Shown: positions 27,035-41,325, counted from the first letter of the stretch. The stretch: 64,000 bases of DNA from Eledone cirrhosa (GCA_964016885.1 OZ024741.1:190030001-190094000), one strand, 5' to 3'. A program made the numbers and translations. The notes: generated by a model from the sequence alone, not told the origin.

Positions 27035-29621
27035 TGTAGTGACCTACATTCCGCGGGCTCACATACATTCTCTGTGCGTGATTTGGCTCAGTTCAGCCAG
27101 TCAGCGCCAGTAGAAGAGGATGTATCCCTACGCGCCCTGAGGAAGAAATTCCCCGCGAAGATTCGAAGAATTTCTCTCTTGTACCAGAAACTTCGAGCCA
27201 GCAACACGCATAATGTAGCAGTGAGATATTGCACCCCTAGCCTTAACGGCGCAATGGCACATTCCCTTTTGTAACCTCTTTTTATCTGTAACTTCAACCA
27301 TATAAATAAACAAACATTTCATCTCTAATTACTGCGGTTGAAGTCGTTATGTTACTCGTGTCTCAATAACATCTTTAATCCATGCTGCTGTAATTGGCGA
27401 CCTGACGAAAGGAATATTGTAAATAGATGGTAAATAGATCGAGGGACCTTCCCTCACGTCTATGTCAACAAGATAATCCAACGAGGATACTATCACTTAC
27501 CACACTGGCAACTAACGACCACTGATTCTACCACCCTGCTAAAGTGGCGACCACAATAATAACCAATACCTGTTAAAGTGGTGACCGACGTAAGAATATC
27601 ACGCAGCCCTTCTTATTCATTCAGTTTAACTTTTATTGCCACGTCGCAACTTGCGAAAATCCAGAATATTCCTTTTAAGATTTTTTAAAAATTGGCAGTA
27701 TTTCAAAAACTTTTTCGCCACGAAAAAATTTCAAGATGGCTACCGACATGTCATGGCTACGCTTGACAACAACAATGACAGCAGCAGCGACAGCGTTGTT
27801 TAACCACTGACCAATACAGAGAACAGTGAGTGGCAGCTTCATAACCTTACCGACGCCAACCACCACACATCGGAAATTTCAAAACCTTCTGTCTCGTTAC
27901 CACAGGGACACGAGAAATTGAGACAGTAGTTTTCTCACCATTATGGCGTCAGACGTGGCTGCCATATTTGGTGACTCCTCTACAGAAGATTCTTTGACTT
28001 TGCTTTAACAATAAGCAACACAACTTTGTGGCGGGACGGTAAAATGGCCACGAAATCTCACAAAAACACCATACATCTAACCCCTAACGGCATTAGCAAA
28101 CTTCTTTTTCAGTTTTCAGATAGAACTAGTGTCTGTACACTGGTGATGTGTGAACTATTTGACTTTTAACTTATTGAGCAATTTCTCTGCTTCCCTAGAC
28201 TGACTTTGAATTATCAGTTTGTTACATTCACATATTTCTTTGTAGAATGCATTTACTTGTTTTGTGCTCTTTTGCTATTTGTTTGCTCATGGTTTTTGTT
28301 CATTCACATTCTTTGCTGTTTTACATGCCTGCATATGCACACATTTTTTTTTATCACACACCAACATGTTCTTGGTATATGTTCTTCAAACGTAATATTC
28401 TGCGAGTCCCTTTTCACCTGGTTGAGATGCTGTCACATGCTAGCAGCTCACAGAGCTTAATCCACTGGATTCAAACAGGCACCGCAACACGAGAATACTA
28501 ATTGCAGCTGAACTCAAACAGCTTCGCATCTCGTTGCACACTGATCGTCCATGACGGCCATCCGTCTTGTTGTTTTTGCCCGACTCGCTGGGAAAGCAAC
28601 AAATTGAACTGGACTTGTCATCATTTCGGCCACTTCTGTGAATTCGCCCGAAGTATGGAATTTACACTGCAGCCCACCTACAGATTGAACTTGCTTTTTT
28701 TTTTCTTTACAAAGCAACCAGCCATTTTTTCCTGGCTCCACAGCACATTCGACAATACATCTGGGGGCCATCATTTTCTCGCCAGCACTGGTAAACTACC
28801 ATAATAGCTTCGTTCACAGCTACTGGTACAACGCTTACCATTAACATTTAATGCAAGAACAGCAACTTCGCCCATGTCAGACTTTATCCGTTTTTTGTTA
28901 GACCTTTGGCGGTCACGTATAAACAACAAAACAACTGGTCATTTGACACAGCGGCTCAACACGGCCCGTAGCGCCTCATTTTTTGTTCTTGCATGCAACC
29001 TTCTGCTCAATTATTTTTTCACTGATGTGCTCTTTCAGCATTTGTTCTTGCTGATTCAATAATATGTGGGTCTTCGTTATCGATTTTCGGCTGAAAATCT
29101 GGTCGGAGGTGATGTAGTGACCTACATTCCGTGGGCTCACATACATTCTCTGTGCGTGATTTGGCTCAGTTCAGCCAATCAGCGCCAGTAGATGTATCCC
29201 TACGCGCCCTGAGGAAGAAATTCCCCGCAAAGATTCGAAGAATCTCTCTCTTGTACCAGAAACTTCGAGCCAGCAACACGCATAATGTAGCAGTGAGATA
29301 TTGCACCCCTAGCCTCGTCGGCTTAACAGCGCAATGGCACATTCCCTTTTGTAACCTCAACCATATAAATAAACAAACATTTCATCTCTAATTACTGCGG
29401 TTGAAGTCGTTATTATGTTACTTGTGTCTCAATAACATCTTTAATCCATGCTGCTGGAATTGGCGACCTGACGAAAGGAATATTGTAAATAGATGGTAAA
29501 TAGATCGAGGGACCTTCCCTCACGTCTATGTCAACAAGATAATCCAACGAGGATACTATCACTTACCACACTGGCAACTAACGACCACCGATTCTACCAC
29601 CCTGCTAAAGTGGCAATAACA
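27035..29621 (+). mobile_element. Non-coding LTR retroelement
   Basis: ~510-520-bp direct repeats at 27035-27555 and 29113-29621 (TG...CA ends). PBS-like TGGTGACCGACGT at 27579, purine-rich GGAGGTGA just before the 3' repeat. No gag/pol in the ~1.55-kb interior; no clear TSD. Confidence 0.8.
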
Positions 29622-30529
29622 TCTATAACTAATACTGCTAAAGATACAATGAAGGGAGATAGTTTCAATTCCAAATTGAGGCTATTTCTAGTCTTGGGTA
29701 TGAACATTACAACTATCATTTCAGCGATCAATCCTCTGATATGACGGGTGAACTGTATTTTGTGATATGATAGCAACATGCAACTTTTTTTTTTTATAGG
29801 TAAACTGAATTAATTGATAGCACTCTTACATATGTTGCTATCTACAAGATGGTGACAGCATGCATTAGTAGTCATCTAACCAAACAGACTTTCTTAAATG
29901 AGCTGCAAACCTTTATACACAAGATATTTCCTTTCTATATTGGTTGCCATCCTGCAAACAGAATCCCAATTTTTTTAACTAGTCATGTACTTGTAGCAAA
30001 GGATAGGTGAAGTGATAATGTGCTATGGTATAGTGTAGCAGAGAGGTAGAGTGGTAATGAAGTTGATAATGGGCAGGCAATTGAACACAAAATAGATGCC
30101 CTTCCTAGATTAGAGTTAATAGATTTAACAGAGGGTGAGAGGATATCGTCAGCTACAATCTTCACCATTCTGCCAAACTCGCACCAGTAGGTAGGTCCTT
30201 TTCCTCATAACACATCTGCCAATCGCCTCCATGAACCTGTCTTCCTCTTCTACAGATTCCTTCTACTTGAGGCACTCAGCACATTGATAAAACTGACATC
30301 TTCCGTATACATAGCAGTACAGTATTCGTATACACAACACCGGATTCCTCTATCGGCCCATAATCAAGCCTCATACAATCTGCCCTTCACTCTGAAAAAC
30401 CCTGTTGCCATGAGAGGTAACAATTCCCTAAACTTCTATCTCAATCTCACTCAAAGTCACTGTACTTTTGGTACATCCACCTCCATTGCTGAGGTCACCT
30501 AGGTTGCAAAAGTTATCAACTTCTAGTCA

Positions 30530-30792
30530 ATCTTCTGGACATTTGAGGGAGTTTATTTTGCATATACAATTACTGCTGAATTTCTCTGGGCATTTGAGGG
30601 AACTATTTTGCATACATGATTACTGCTGATTCTCCCTGGGCATTTGAGTGAGTTATTTTGCATATACAATTACTGCTGAATTTCTCTGGGCATTTGAGGG
30701 AACTATTTTGCATACATGATAAATGCCCAGAGAGAATCAGCAGTAGAGTGAGTTATTTTGCATATACAATTACTGCTGAATTTCTGAGCATG
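30530..30792. repeat. ~51-bp tandem repeat with an internal inverted segment
   Basis: TATTTTGCATA(T/C)A..ATTACTGCTGA.TT.CTCTGGGCATTTGAG repeated about 5 times. Confidence 0.85.
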
Positions 30793-31570
30793 TCACAGAT
30801 GAAGTTTAGTTTCTTTGATCTCACTACATTTCTTGAATCTCCTTTGTACATACTGGATACACTATGGCGGTTTTACCCACTTCTGCATATTAAGCACAAT
30901 ACTGCATATAAAACTGGTACTTATCAGTTTTATTGTAATTCCAAGAGGAACTGATATTAAAGTATTCTGGTTGGTATTTGAACAAATAAATTAAGTATCT
31001 ACAAAAGCATTCAAGTCCAATTCAGCACCAAATACTGATTTCCAGCTATTTCTTTAAAGCTTTGGTTTGGAAGAAAGGGGAGTCACCATAGACTTATCAG
31101 GCTCTCAGTGCCAGTGAGATCAAAGCTGTTGATGTTCTTCAACATCATTTCTCAATCACTTTAAATGCTGGCTATGAATTGGATGAGCTGTACAGTTCAA
31201 GTGTACCAGGTACATTTTATCATGGCACCAATACTAGAAAGGTTGGTGTGCCTTCGGCTAGACTTAAAAGCTCTCTCTACCCTATGGTGATTTTGTTCAA
31301 TCAACCAATTTATAGTGTACTGCATGCATTTCATCAATAATAACACTTGAGGCTGCCTTTGCCTTATGTGATAAAAACATTGGATGGTCATGTCCGGAAC
31401 ATCTTTAATTATAGATTGCTCAGTCAGAGCTGACTTTGGGCTAAATAACAAAAATTACTTTCTGTTCATATTGTAGAACTACATTTTCTAATGTGTCCTG
31501 TCACAAGGCTGCTATCAGTACATAAAGAGATTTAACCCAAATACCAACAGTTATGTTGTTTAATGCTTAA

Positions 31571-31763
31571 CCCTTTAGCATTTACATTATATATACTATT
31601 ATAGTTTCATGGTTTACCTCACATAATATCGAATCTATGAGATTTTGATATTTATTTTAAGAACACTATCTTAACATCAGTATGAGCAACCAGTTACAGT
31701 CAGTTTGATCAGAAGGAGGTGAGAGAATTCTGGCAGGATATGGCCAGCTTAAATGCTAAAGGG
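31571..31763. mobile_element. piggyBac-type MITE
   Basis: TTAA|CCCTTTAGCATTTA...TAAATGCTAAAGGG|TTAA: 14-bp TIR with TTAA target duplication. Confidence 0.9.
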
Positions 31764-33057
31764 TTAATCATTTCCGCCAATCCAACTGGATATAATTACA
31801 ACTCTCTCTCATCTGAAATTGTAAAGTGCAGGAATGTAAGCCCATCTGAGAGATCAGTAATTCCACTTGTGTAAACCCATCCAACCCTTTCTAGCAGGGA
31901 AAATAAACATCAAAATATGATGATGAAAGTCACAACAATTAAAACAAAGGAATTAGTTTACATAATTATTTTTTCTTATTTTATTCTTTTATTTTAAAAA
32001 GACTAGGCTAGCTGCTGCTGATGATGGTGGAGGTTATAATAATAATAATAGTAAATTTTGTAAAATTCCTGCTGTCAATCCAGAATTACATTTTACCTCT
32101 TGATAGATGATAATAATAACAATAATAATAGTTTGTAAAACAAGTACAAGGCCACACTTTTTTTTAAGAGGAGGGGGTAGTCAGTTAAATTGGCCCCCAA
32201 GTACTTTATTTTATCGACCCCAGGAAAATTAAAAATTATGTCATTCTTGTTGAAATTTGAACTTTACATTAAGTCCAAAACCAGCCATGATGACTTTGCT
32301 TTTCATCCTTCCAAGCTTGATAAAATTAAGTACCAGTCAAGTACTGGAGTCAATATGGCTGACTGTTTCCTTACTATAAAAAGTTTGGCCTTGTGCCTAC
32401 ATAAAAAACAATAATAATAAATGGTTTCAAATTTAGGTGCAAGGCCAGCAATTTAGGGGAGAGGGCATTTGTATTGTGCCCAATACTTGACTGGTACTTA
32501 ATCAACCCTGAAATGATGAAAGGCAAAGTTGACCTCAGCAGCATTGGAATTCAGAATGGTAAAAGCCAGAAAAAGTATTGCAAAGCATTTTTCTGACTCA
32601 AACAATTCTGCCAATCCACTGCAATAATAATAATAACATTAATAATAATAATGGTTAATAATAATAATAATTGGAGAAAAAATACTGTTTGAAGATTTTT
32701 TTTCTGACTTTTTTTTTTTTTTTTTTTTTTTTTACAATGGCAGGATTTATAAATTTTTTTAAAATTTCTTTAAACCTTTTTCTAAAAATATAAGTCAAAC
32801 TAAGTTATCTATCATTAAACATCCACCAATATGGAAAAAAGTTTAGAAATGAAAATTAATTCCCTTTACATTTGTTCATCCCAACATAAATGAAAGACAA
32901 ATTACAAGATGTAGGGCTCTCCAAGAGCTCCACCCCACCCCCAAGAACTGCAGCAGTAGTAGTTAGTTTAGTGGTAGTAGTAGAAGAGTCTGTGAAGTGT
33001 CGCTGCCATCTAGGAGGGCAGCAAAACAACAGCAAGTTTTCTTTTTCCTGCTTCCTT

Positions 33058-33110
33058 TTAAAAAACTTGGATGATGGAAGAACGGGCTTGACCAACCCCA
33101 ATCCATTTCA
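33058..33110 (-). CDS. ADSS: Adenylosuccinate synthetase last coding exon
   Basis: ttttacag acceptor, 53 nt. (V)KWIGVGQARSSIIQVF followed by TAA; GVG motif typical of the ADSS C-terminus. Confidence 0.96.
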
Positions 33111-34880
33111 CTGTAAAATATAAGAAGAAAAAAGGAATTATTAATTATAGGGTGGTTGATTACCAGAATCGTTACAGTGAAATAAACATTTTCTCAATTG
33201 CAGGAAGGTACTTATATTAGTTGATAGTTTCTGTTATCTGAAATACCTAATTAACAGTGGAGGAGGTTGCTCAGAAAGCAAAGTAGCTAGAATATGAACA
33301 AGATGAAAAAGGTTCTGGAAGCTACTATCTCTGTTGACAACAAAGGGATTTTCTCTCAGGGTGAAGGGTAGATTATTTGATGCTGGCATGAGAAGTATGA
33401 TGTTGTATGGCAGTGAATGCAGAAGATAGGCAAAGGTGCCACATTGTGTAAAGACACTTGATTTCATGTTACTCCAATCCACTCAGCTGGTAAAAATGTG
33501 TTGCATCTGACCATACCCTTATGTAAGGTCGTGAATTTTAGGTAATAACCAAAAGAATATGATCGCAAATAAAAGTGACTGAAATGGGATTCCTCCAAAG
33601 GGTCTTTGGAGTAATATCACTCAACAGAGTGCATAGTTCGGAGATCAGGAAGTCGCTCCAGGTAGAGCCGCTACTTCTCCAAATTAAGAGATCATCACAG
33701 TTCCAGTACTACAGACATGTGGTTAGAATGTTTAAGGAAAGAATCGCTGGACAGATTTTATGGGCAAAACCAACTGGCAGGAGACTTAGTGGTAGACCCC
33801 GAGCAAGATGTTTGGATAACATCCATGAACTCAGTTGGGGATCCAGCTGGATCATTTTGAGATGGTTACTTCTGAGAGGAGTGTGTCAGACGACTATCTC
33901 CACAACCCACCCAAGAATATACTGAGGAAGAAGAAATAATTCAAAAGGCCAGCTTTGTCTCACACTGTGCCATGCAGAATCTCCCCAAGATGTACATTGA
34001 GGGTGCATGTATCAGTGGTAAGCTCAGGCAATTGCACTTTAATTTCATGAGCAGACTTTTCTGTTGCTTAAACAACTGGAACACTCATCGGAATCAATAG
34101 TTCCAACATACAGATGAAAATATATTTATACAGTTAATTAATATTTAAACAGGTAGCTATCATTATTATCAGTTTTACATTTGTTTTTTCCATGCTGGCA
34201 TGGGTTGGACAAGAAGACCTTTTGAAGTAAAATTGTTTGCACAAAATGTTGATAAACAGCACTACTTGCAACATCAAATGCAAAGAGACACAAATAATGT
34301 AAACAGTAAAGATTTTTTTTTAAATTTCTGTATAAGCTTAAATAATACATTTACAAACATTGGTGGAAGCATATCCAGATGTAGAAGACTTGCCAAAGAG
34401 TCAGGAGGACTCTTCAGTTGTGTCATGAGAATCTTCCCAGTGTTGGTGATTTACACGATAAACTCACCCAGTACATTCTGTAAAGCGGTTGGTGGCAGGA
34501 AAGGCATCTAGCTGTCGAAAGCTTACCAAATAAAATGTTGGGAAGACTATGCTAAAGACATGACAATTTCCTTTGAGTTAATGCCACAATAAAATGCCCT
34601 CAGTAGAGTGCAAATTGTGTTGGGACCCCAACCCGCATGAATGTCGGAGGCTCTGCTTGAGTACTGATCAGTTCTGTCCAACCTTTGCTAAAAGAGAAAA
34701 CCAACGTTAAACTATGATGAACATAAAACTAGACAACCACATTACCATTATACTAAGATGATCTGACAACTCAACAAATTAGCAAATGTATACACTTAAC
34801 TGACAAACTAAAATTGTTTACCTCCAATTGTATCTCACACGCTGGTATGTTAGTATCCACTTAACCACTACTGGACAGAT

Positions 34881-34921
<41 letters not shown>

Positions 34922-35322
34922 TGGGCTTCCTTGCAGTTTCTGTCTACCAAACTCACAAGGCATTAGTCAACCCAAGGCAATAATAGTAAAGGTACACTTT
35001 CCCATAGCACTACATAATGGGATTGAACCCAAGCTTCTTAACCACAGATTTAGACAGAACAGTCAGTACTCAAGTGGAGCTATTGACTTCCCAGATGAGC
35101 TGGAGGCCTGCATCACACATTCTCACACTTTATAAACTGCTCTGATGGGCTGAGAACCCACATCTGGCTTACATACAATCCTGTTATACATCTAGATTAA
35201 AATATTTTTAGACAAGTAGTAGTAAATATATTTAAACAGGTGGCTGTAAATATTTTCAGCTATTTTGCTTTCATAAACTGAAATAAAGAAGAGAAAAGGA
35301 CTTTCAGTCCCTGCCAATTTAC

Positions 35323-35472
35323 CTGGTACATCTAAGAGCTCTTCAATCTTACGAACATATTTCTGTGCATTCTCAGGAAGATCTTCAAATTTGCGAATGT
35401 TTTCTGTCGAACTTAACCACCCTGGTAATGTCAAATATTCTACTTCTACTCGCTTCAAGTCTTCATCAGATG
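35323..35472 (-). CDS. ADSS: Adenylosuccinate synthetase exon
   Basis: ttcccag acceptor and gtaaat donor, 150 nt. SDEDLKRVEVEYLTLPGW...FEDLPENAQKYVRKIEELLDVP. Confidence 0.97.
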
Positions 35473-36595
35473 CTGGGAAAAAACAAAATTTTTTAAATTA
35501 ACAAAAATATCTTTTAATGCCCAAAATATCTTTTAATGAGGGCAGCTCGGATTAATCACAATCTACATATATATACCTCTTCCCTTTCTATTGAGTGATT
35601 CCCTATAATAAAACAGCCTACATACAGCCATGACTGGAAAGAAAAAAAAACATCTTTTTTGCTATTATTATTATTATTATTTTGAGGCAGTTGGCCCCTC
35701 TCACTTGCATTATTTTATTCATACGGGTGAGCTGAGAAAAATCGAGTATAAGAAGTTTCAGATGTAGTGTGAAAGAGTGACCACTGCATTGATATGAACC
35801 TGTGATGCATATGGATGATGATTGTTGAGTAAAGTGCCAAGAAATCCCAGTGGAAGGTAGCTGCAGTAGAGGAAGACCAAGGAAGGCTTGAATAGAAGTT
35901 GTGAGAGCTGATATCAGACCACTGAAGATCATACAGATGATGAAGGAATGCAACAATTGGAGAGATAATATGCTGAAAAAAATCTCATCCAATACATGTA
36001 AGCATGGAAAAGTGAGCGTATGATGTGAAGGAGGAGGAACCTCTGGCAATAAAAAAGAATCCTTTCAAGTGTTCAAGAAATGTAACCAGAGAAAGGCTTT
36101 AAATGAGCTAATTAATAGGATTGCCAGTAAGAATTCTTCAGACAGTCTTTGAAATTTTAAAAAAAAAACTCTTGTTGGCTAACTAGAACTGTTGAATAAA
36201 AATAACCAAAGAAACAAAAGCTTTGACTGAAACAACGAGTATTTCTGTCAATAAAGTGTCACAAATCTAAATGGTCTTCACTTTGGTTCTGAATAGTTGC
36301 AATTATCTGAAGCAATTACAATCAAGATTAGGATTAGGTTAACAAGCATAGTGAAAGTAATGAGAGGATTCCAACATGAACATTGCCTTTACATTGCCAT
36401 TGGAAAACACCAGTGGTGTGAAGAGGTAAGATTTATATGTATGAGCAAATGCCAGTCTCTCCCCTATCAAAAAGGTTTCGTTCAGGCTTGCCACTTGGAA
36501 AGGAACTTTGTAGATGAAGATCCAGTCTCACAAGACATAACAGAGGCCCCACTTAAACAAAGGGGAGAAAATTACTAAATATTAGAAGTAAAATA

Positions 36596-37054
36596 CCATA
36601 TATAATCGTATGTAAGCCAGAAATATGTGCCAAAGAGAGAGAGAAACAAAAATTGATGGTAAAATTTCACCAACTTCAAAAATCAATGTAAATGAGTTGC
36701 TAAAATAGTTTCGTTTTGCAAGTGAATATTACATTGGTTTCACATTCAACTTTTTTTTTTTAATATATATTTTGAATTAATATGGCCTTCAAAACGGTCA
36801 AAAATTGATTTATTTTTTTTTAAATCATTACATAATGGAGTTATGAAACAAAAACTATACTCTAAATGACACTTAAAACATTTTAAATACCAAAATATTA
36901 AACGTCATAAATATATTCTCCATTCCCGCGAATTTCAAAACCGCACCATCTAAATATGAGTTTATTACTTCCCTTGGATTATAAACAGGGTTTGAATTTT
37001 TGCCTATATCTCAGGCATAAAATAGGGGGCCAGCTTATATTTGAGTATCTATGG
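36596..37054. mobile_element. Tc1/mariner-type MITE with TA target site (smaller relative at ~25041-25156)
   Basis: TA|CCATATATAATCGTATGTAAGCC ... AGCTTATATTTGAGTATCTATGG|TA imperfect TIRs. Confidence 0.55.
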
Positions 37055-37504
37055 TATATACAATTTAATTCAGTTAGCTGAAGCCGTTAAGTTTCTGTAT
37101 GTAATGTTACCACATTTAATCAGTCAATCTCACAGAATGTGCGTGCGCGTGTGTGCGTGTGCGTGTGCGTAAGGATGAAAGGCCAAGTCAACCTCGGCGG
37201 GATTTGAACTCAGATCGTAAAAGGACGTAACTATGCTGGAAAGCATGGCGTCCGACTTTCTACCGATACTGCCAAAAATAATGATTATCTAACCCACACA
37301 CAAGTGTCCATGTCTCTCTATATGTTGACACCACTTAATCACAGATGTTTATCCTGTAACTTAGTAGTTTGACAAATAGAAATCGATAGATTAAGTACCA
37401 AACTTCGAAGTATGTAGTGGGGTCAGTATGATCCCCATAAAGGATCAGTATGATCCTCAGCATGCCTACAATCCACTAAATGAAACCATTAAAAGAACAT
37501 TTAC

Positions 37505-37602
37505 CTGGTATAGACTCTATAATTTTGCCATCAAGTTTGTAAGTTATTCCAATTTTGACTTCCTCTAGGATATCAAGGATATCCAGTTTAGTGATGGCAA
37601 CA
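37505..37602 (-). CDS. ADSS: Adenylosuccinate synthetase exon
   Basis: ttgcag acceptor and gtaaat donor, 98 nt. VAITKLDILDILEEVKIGITYKLDGKIIESIP contains the TKLD GTP-binding motif; phases match both neighbours. Confidence 0.97.
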
Positions 37603-37674
37603 CTGCAACAAAAGAAATTAGACATTAACATTGTCAATATCAATAGTAATCATCATCATCATCATCAATAATAA

Positions 37675-37858
37675 TAATAATTGTTTCTACTTTTGGCACA
37701 AGACCAGTGCAATTATCCCAGTGCATTACCGGTACTTTATTTTATCAATCCTGCAAGGATAAAAGGCAAAGTGAACCTCGGCGGTATCTGAACTCAGACT
37801 GTAAAGGGCCGTAACTATGCTACAAAGCATGGTGTCTAACCCTCTACCGATACTGCCA
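37675..37858 (-). mobile_element. Family A SINE (partial copy also at ~37170-37275)
   Basis: Reverse complement of the family A consensus. Confidence 0.82.
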
Positions 37859-37929
37859 AAACAATAATAATGTGCAAGTAGGCGTCCTACACTGTTCTCA
37901 GTCTTCCTGTTTTTTTTAAAGTCCTCTGG

Positions 37930-38990
37930 GCCATAACAGAGGAATCCAAGACTGGTTGCCTGTGCCAACTCCTATATACTGATGATATAGCACTCATAGC
38001 AGAAACTGCAAAAGAATTCAAGTTGTTCCAAACTTGGAAGCAAAATTTTCAATTAAAGAGCCTTAAAGTAAACATGATAAAGACCCTGCTACCACAAGGC
38101 TGTGAACAATGTGTAGAAAAGGAGTGGTTAGGAATTTCATTGGGTGTTACAGTGCACCTAGTGTAGACTATGGCTAAGAGATGCAGTGCAATCACGAGTA
38201 GGTTGACAAGGAAGATAGATTTTATATGCAGCAGGTGCACAGGAGTAGTCAATAGTAAGAGTACTCATCATCGTTTTTACGTCCATTTTTCCTCACTTAC
38301 ATGGGTTGGACGGGTCCTTTTCAGTACATCTCTCCACTTGCCATGTTCCTTCATCATCTCCTGAGTATCAGCGATTTGAGGTCAGCTCTCATTACCTCTA
38401 CCCAGGTCTTCTTTGGTCTACCTCTACTGAGGCTTCCTTCCTCTGGAATTTCCTGGCACTCAAGAAAGAAACTCTTTCAAATGTTCAGAAGGCTCACTGG
38501 AAGTAGTAGAAAGTTTTTGCTATCTGGGTTGCTATTACTAGTGGAGGTGGATGTACCAAAAGTGTTATAATAGCCATAGTGAGAACAGAGTGGAAGAAGT
38601 TCAGTGAGTTATCTCTGCTGGCAAAGTGAAAGGCAGATTATATGAAACATCTGTTAGAACTGTACAACACCATTGAATGCAGAAGATTTTTCAGTAGTTA
38701 AAATGAAATGAAGCCTGCATGTTTTACTGGATGTGTATTGCTAGCATACATGAATAGAGCACAAGTGAAATGAGAGAAAGGTTGAGTATAAGAAGAATTA
38801 AATGTAGCAGGCAAGAGAGACGATTGCACAGGTATGAGCATGTGATCCATAAGGATTGAGCACTTGAAGTGGATGGATCCTGTCGAAGCGGAAGACCAAG
38901 AAATTGAACCTCACAGAGATGACACGTGACTGAGTTGACTGGCACTATGCCATAATGCAAGAGCTATCTGCAGTACAAGTACTATAACAC
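37930..38990 (+). mobile_element. Old degenerate RTE fragment with an inverted internal piece (~38263-38460)
   Basis: Remnants of LLY(A/T)DD, the Cys finger (CSAIT..IDFICSRC) and the C-terminus; (CAT)n-headed reverse fragment inside. Confidence 0.7.
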
Positions 38991-40254
38991 TAAAAGAGAC
39001 CAGTGGCTAGTGTTTGGCAATTGAAATCAGAGATAATATATAATTGAATTAATTTGCAGGGAGGTGTATAAGCAACAGTGTAGGGAGTATAGCCTATTTG
39101 TTGAGAGAAGTATACAGCCACTGGATGGGTAGAGGGTGGGGGATAATACACTGTGTCGGAGGAGGATAATACACTGTGGGAACAGATAGTTAATTTTAGG
39201 GGAAGTGTAGTTAGGAGGAAGGGGGCAATTTGGTCATATGATCAAATCGTAAGCCGGCAACAAGGCAGGTAACTCATTTTCCACCACTCTTTTATATCTC
39301 AATTGGGGAATGTTCCAAAATATAAATGGGATTCAGCTGCAAACACACTAGAACTTGGTAGGCAATAATAATTAACTCTTGTTATTGTATTTCTAATGTA
39401 AAACACTGCCTATGAATATATTGAAAATAATCAACCAGTATTCAAGTTAGTGAAGAATTGTCAACCATGGCTAAATTCCTTTTCAAAGTTAACAGAAAAA
39501 TTTGTAAGAAAATTTCTCAACTATATTTGAAGCTAAATTAAACTAAAAAAAAAAAAATACACACACATGCATTGTGTTGTGTATCCTGGTTTTTAGAATA
39601 ACTATACTGTAAAAGACGACTAAAAGAGTTGGCACCAAGAAAGTTGTAAAATATGCCATGCCAACATGGAAAAGTGGATGTAAAAATGATGATAATGATG
39701 CAAGTACCTCTCCAGAAAAATAACGTAACCTAGCCATGTAAAACTAGATGAAAATCAGTAAAACCATAAAGCCACAGTCCTTAACCCTTTTGATATCAAA
39801 CCCCCTGAAACCACTGCTGGTTTTATAATTTTATATTTATCCCATCAAAATTTTATGAAAGAATTTTGGTAAGTTACGTTCCAAATACCATTTTAATAAT
39901 GAGAAAGTTGTCATATTACAAAGTTTTTCCAAATTGAAGACTAATTACTTCTGAAATCCACCCATATCAGCAAAGAAAACAAATGTGATAATGATGATGG
40001 TGGTGGCACTCCCCTCCCCTGTTCCCAGAATCCCATACAATAGTGTTCAGCATATAAACAACCAAATACCTACAATGAATTTGAAACCCTGACCTTTGAG
40101 TAAGATAAGATTTCCATATGGTACAGTAATATCCATTATCTATACCTCTTCCCAGCTAGGTGAACCAAGATAATGTAGAATATAGTGTACTGGCTCAGAA
40201 ACAATGAATTACCTTCCCCACTGAGGTGTTAAGTGAAAAAGAGGGTCAACTTAC

Positions 40255-40379
40255 GCTGAGAAGCCATTGATCATGTGAGAATATCGGAGCATAACCATAT
40301 CAATCCAACCAATTCGGCGTATCCTTCCAGTCGTCACACCAAACTCAGCACCACGTTTTTGCAACAGATCACCCAGTTC
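40255..40379 (-). CDS. ADSS: Adenylosuccinate synthetase, fourth-from-last coding exon
   Basis: Reverse strand ttcacag|...|gtaagt, 125 nt. [41 protein letters not shown] contains the conserved E(F/Y)GVTTGRxRRxGW motif. Confidence 0.97.
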
Positions 40380-40690
40380 CTGTGAAGAAACAACCATTGA
40401 ATTTATATAACAGAAACATCAACAAATCTTAACTATAATAAAGGGAGTGCAGGACAGCATCCAGAAGATATTTTTTAATCCTGTTAGTAAAATAAGTTGG
40501 ATTACTTTGAATAAATAATAAATGAATATTACATAATTTATCTACTAAATTTCGTAACATGATTAAACTTAAATAATTTTATTGCATATTTCAAGATTCA
40601 CTTCTTTTAAAAGATTCAAATTTCAATACTTCCGGTATATCGCCACCACCACCACGTACGTATGTGTATGTGTATATATATATATATATA

Positions 40691-41318
40691 TGGATGTGTA
40701 ACAGTAATATACGTGAACGACAAAGCATAAATGAATTGAGAGAGAGACTGAGCATAAGAGGAATCAAATGCTATGTGCAGGAGAGACGGTTGCGCTGGTA
40801 TGGACATGTGATGCATATGAAGGATGACAGCTGCATAAAAAGGTGCAGAGCACTAGAAGTTGATGGAAACCGCGGAGTGGGGAGATCCAAGATGACCTGG
40901 GATGAGGTGATAAAAGCCGACCTTACCCAATTACACCTCTCAAAGACAATGACACACGACCGTGACTTCTGGCGTCACGCAGTAATACAGAGTACCCGAC
41001 CTCCCATGGGTACATGCTGAAGCATATAAACAATATGCCCCCACACCGCAAGGTGGTCGCGGAGGTGCCACGGCAAAAAAGCACCCAGCCCACACTGTAA
41101 AGTGGACGTGTAGGCGCCACGAAAAAGCACCCAGCACTCACTGTAAATGAGGTTGGTGTTAGGAAGGGCATCCAGCTGTAGAAATCAAGCCAGATCAGTT
41201 CCTGTATGAGCAAGGCATGGTCAGCCGACCAGACACTGCACACAACAGGACAACCCGTCTAACCCATGCTAGCGTGGAAGCACGGACGTAAAACGGTGAT
41301 GATGGAGATGATGATGAT
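40691..41318 (+). mobile_element. RTE LINE 3' fragment
   Basis: WMCNSNIRERQS...RRLRWYGHV coding end, 3' UTR and (GAT)n tail; preceded by (TA)n. Confidence 0.9.
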
Positions 41319-41325
41319 ATATATA

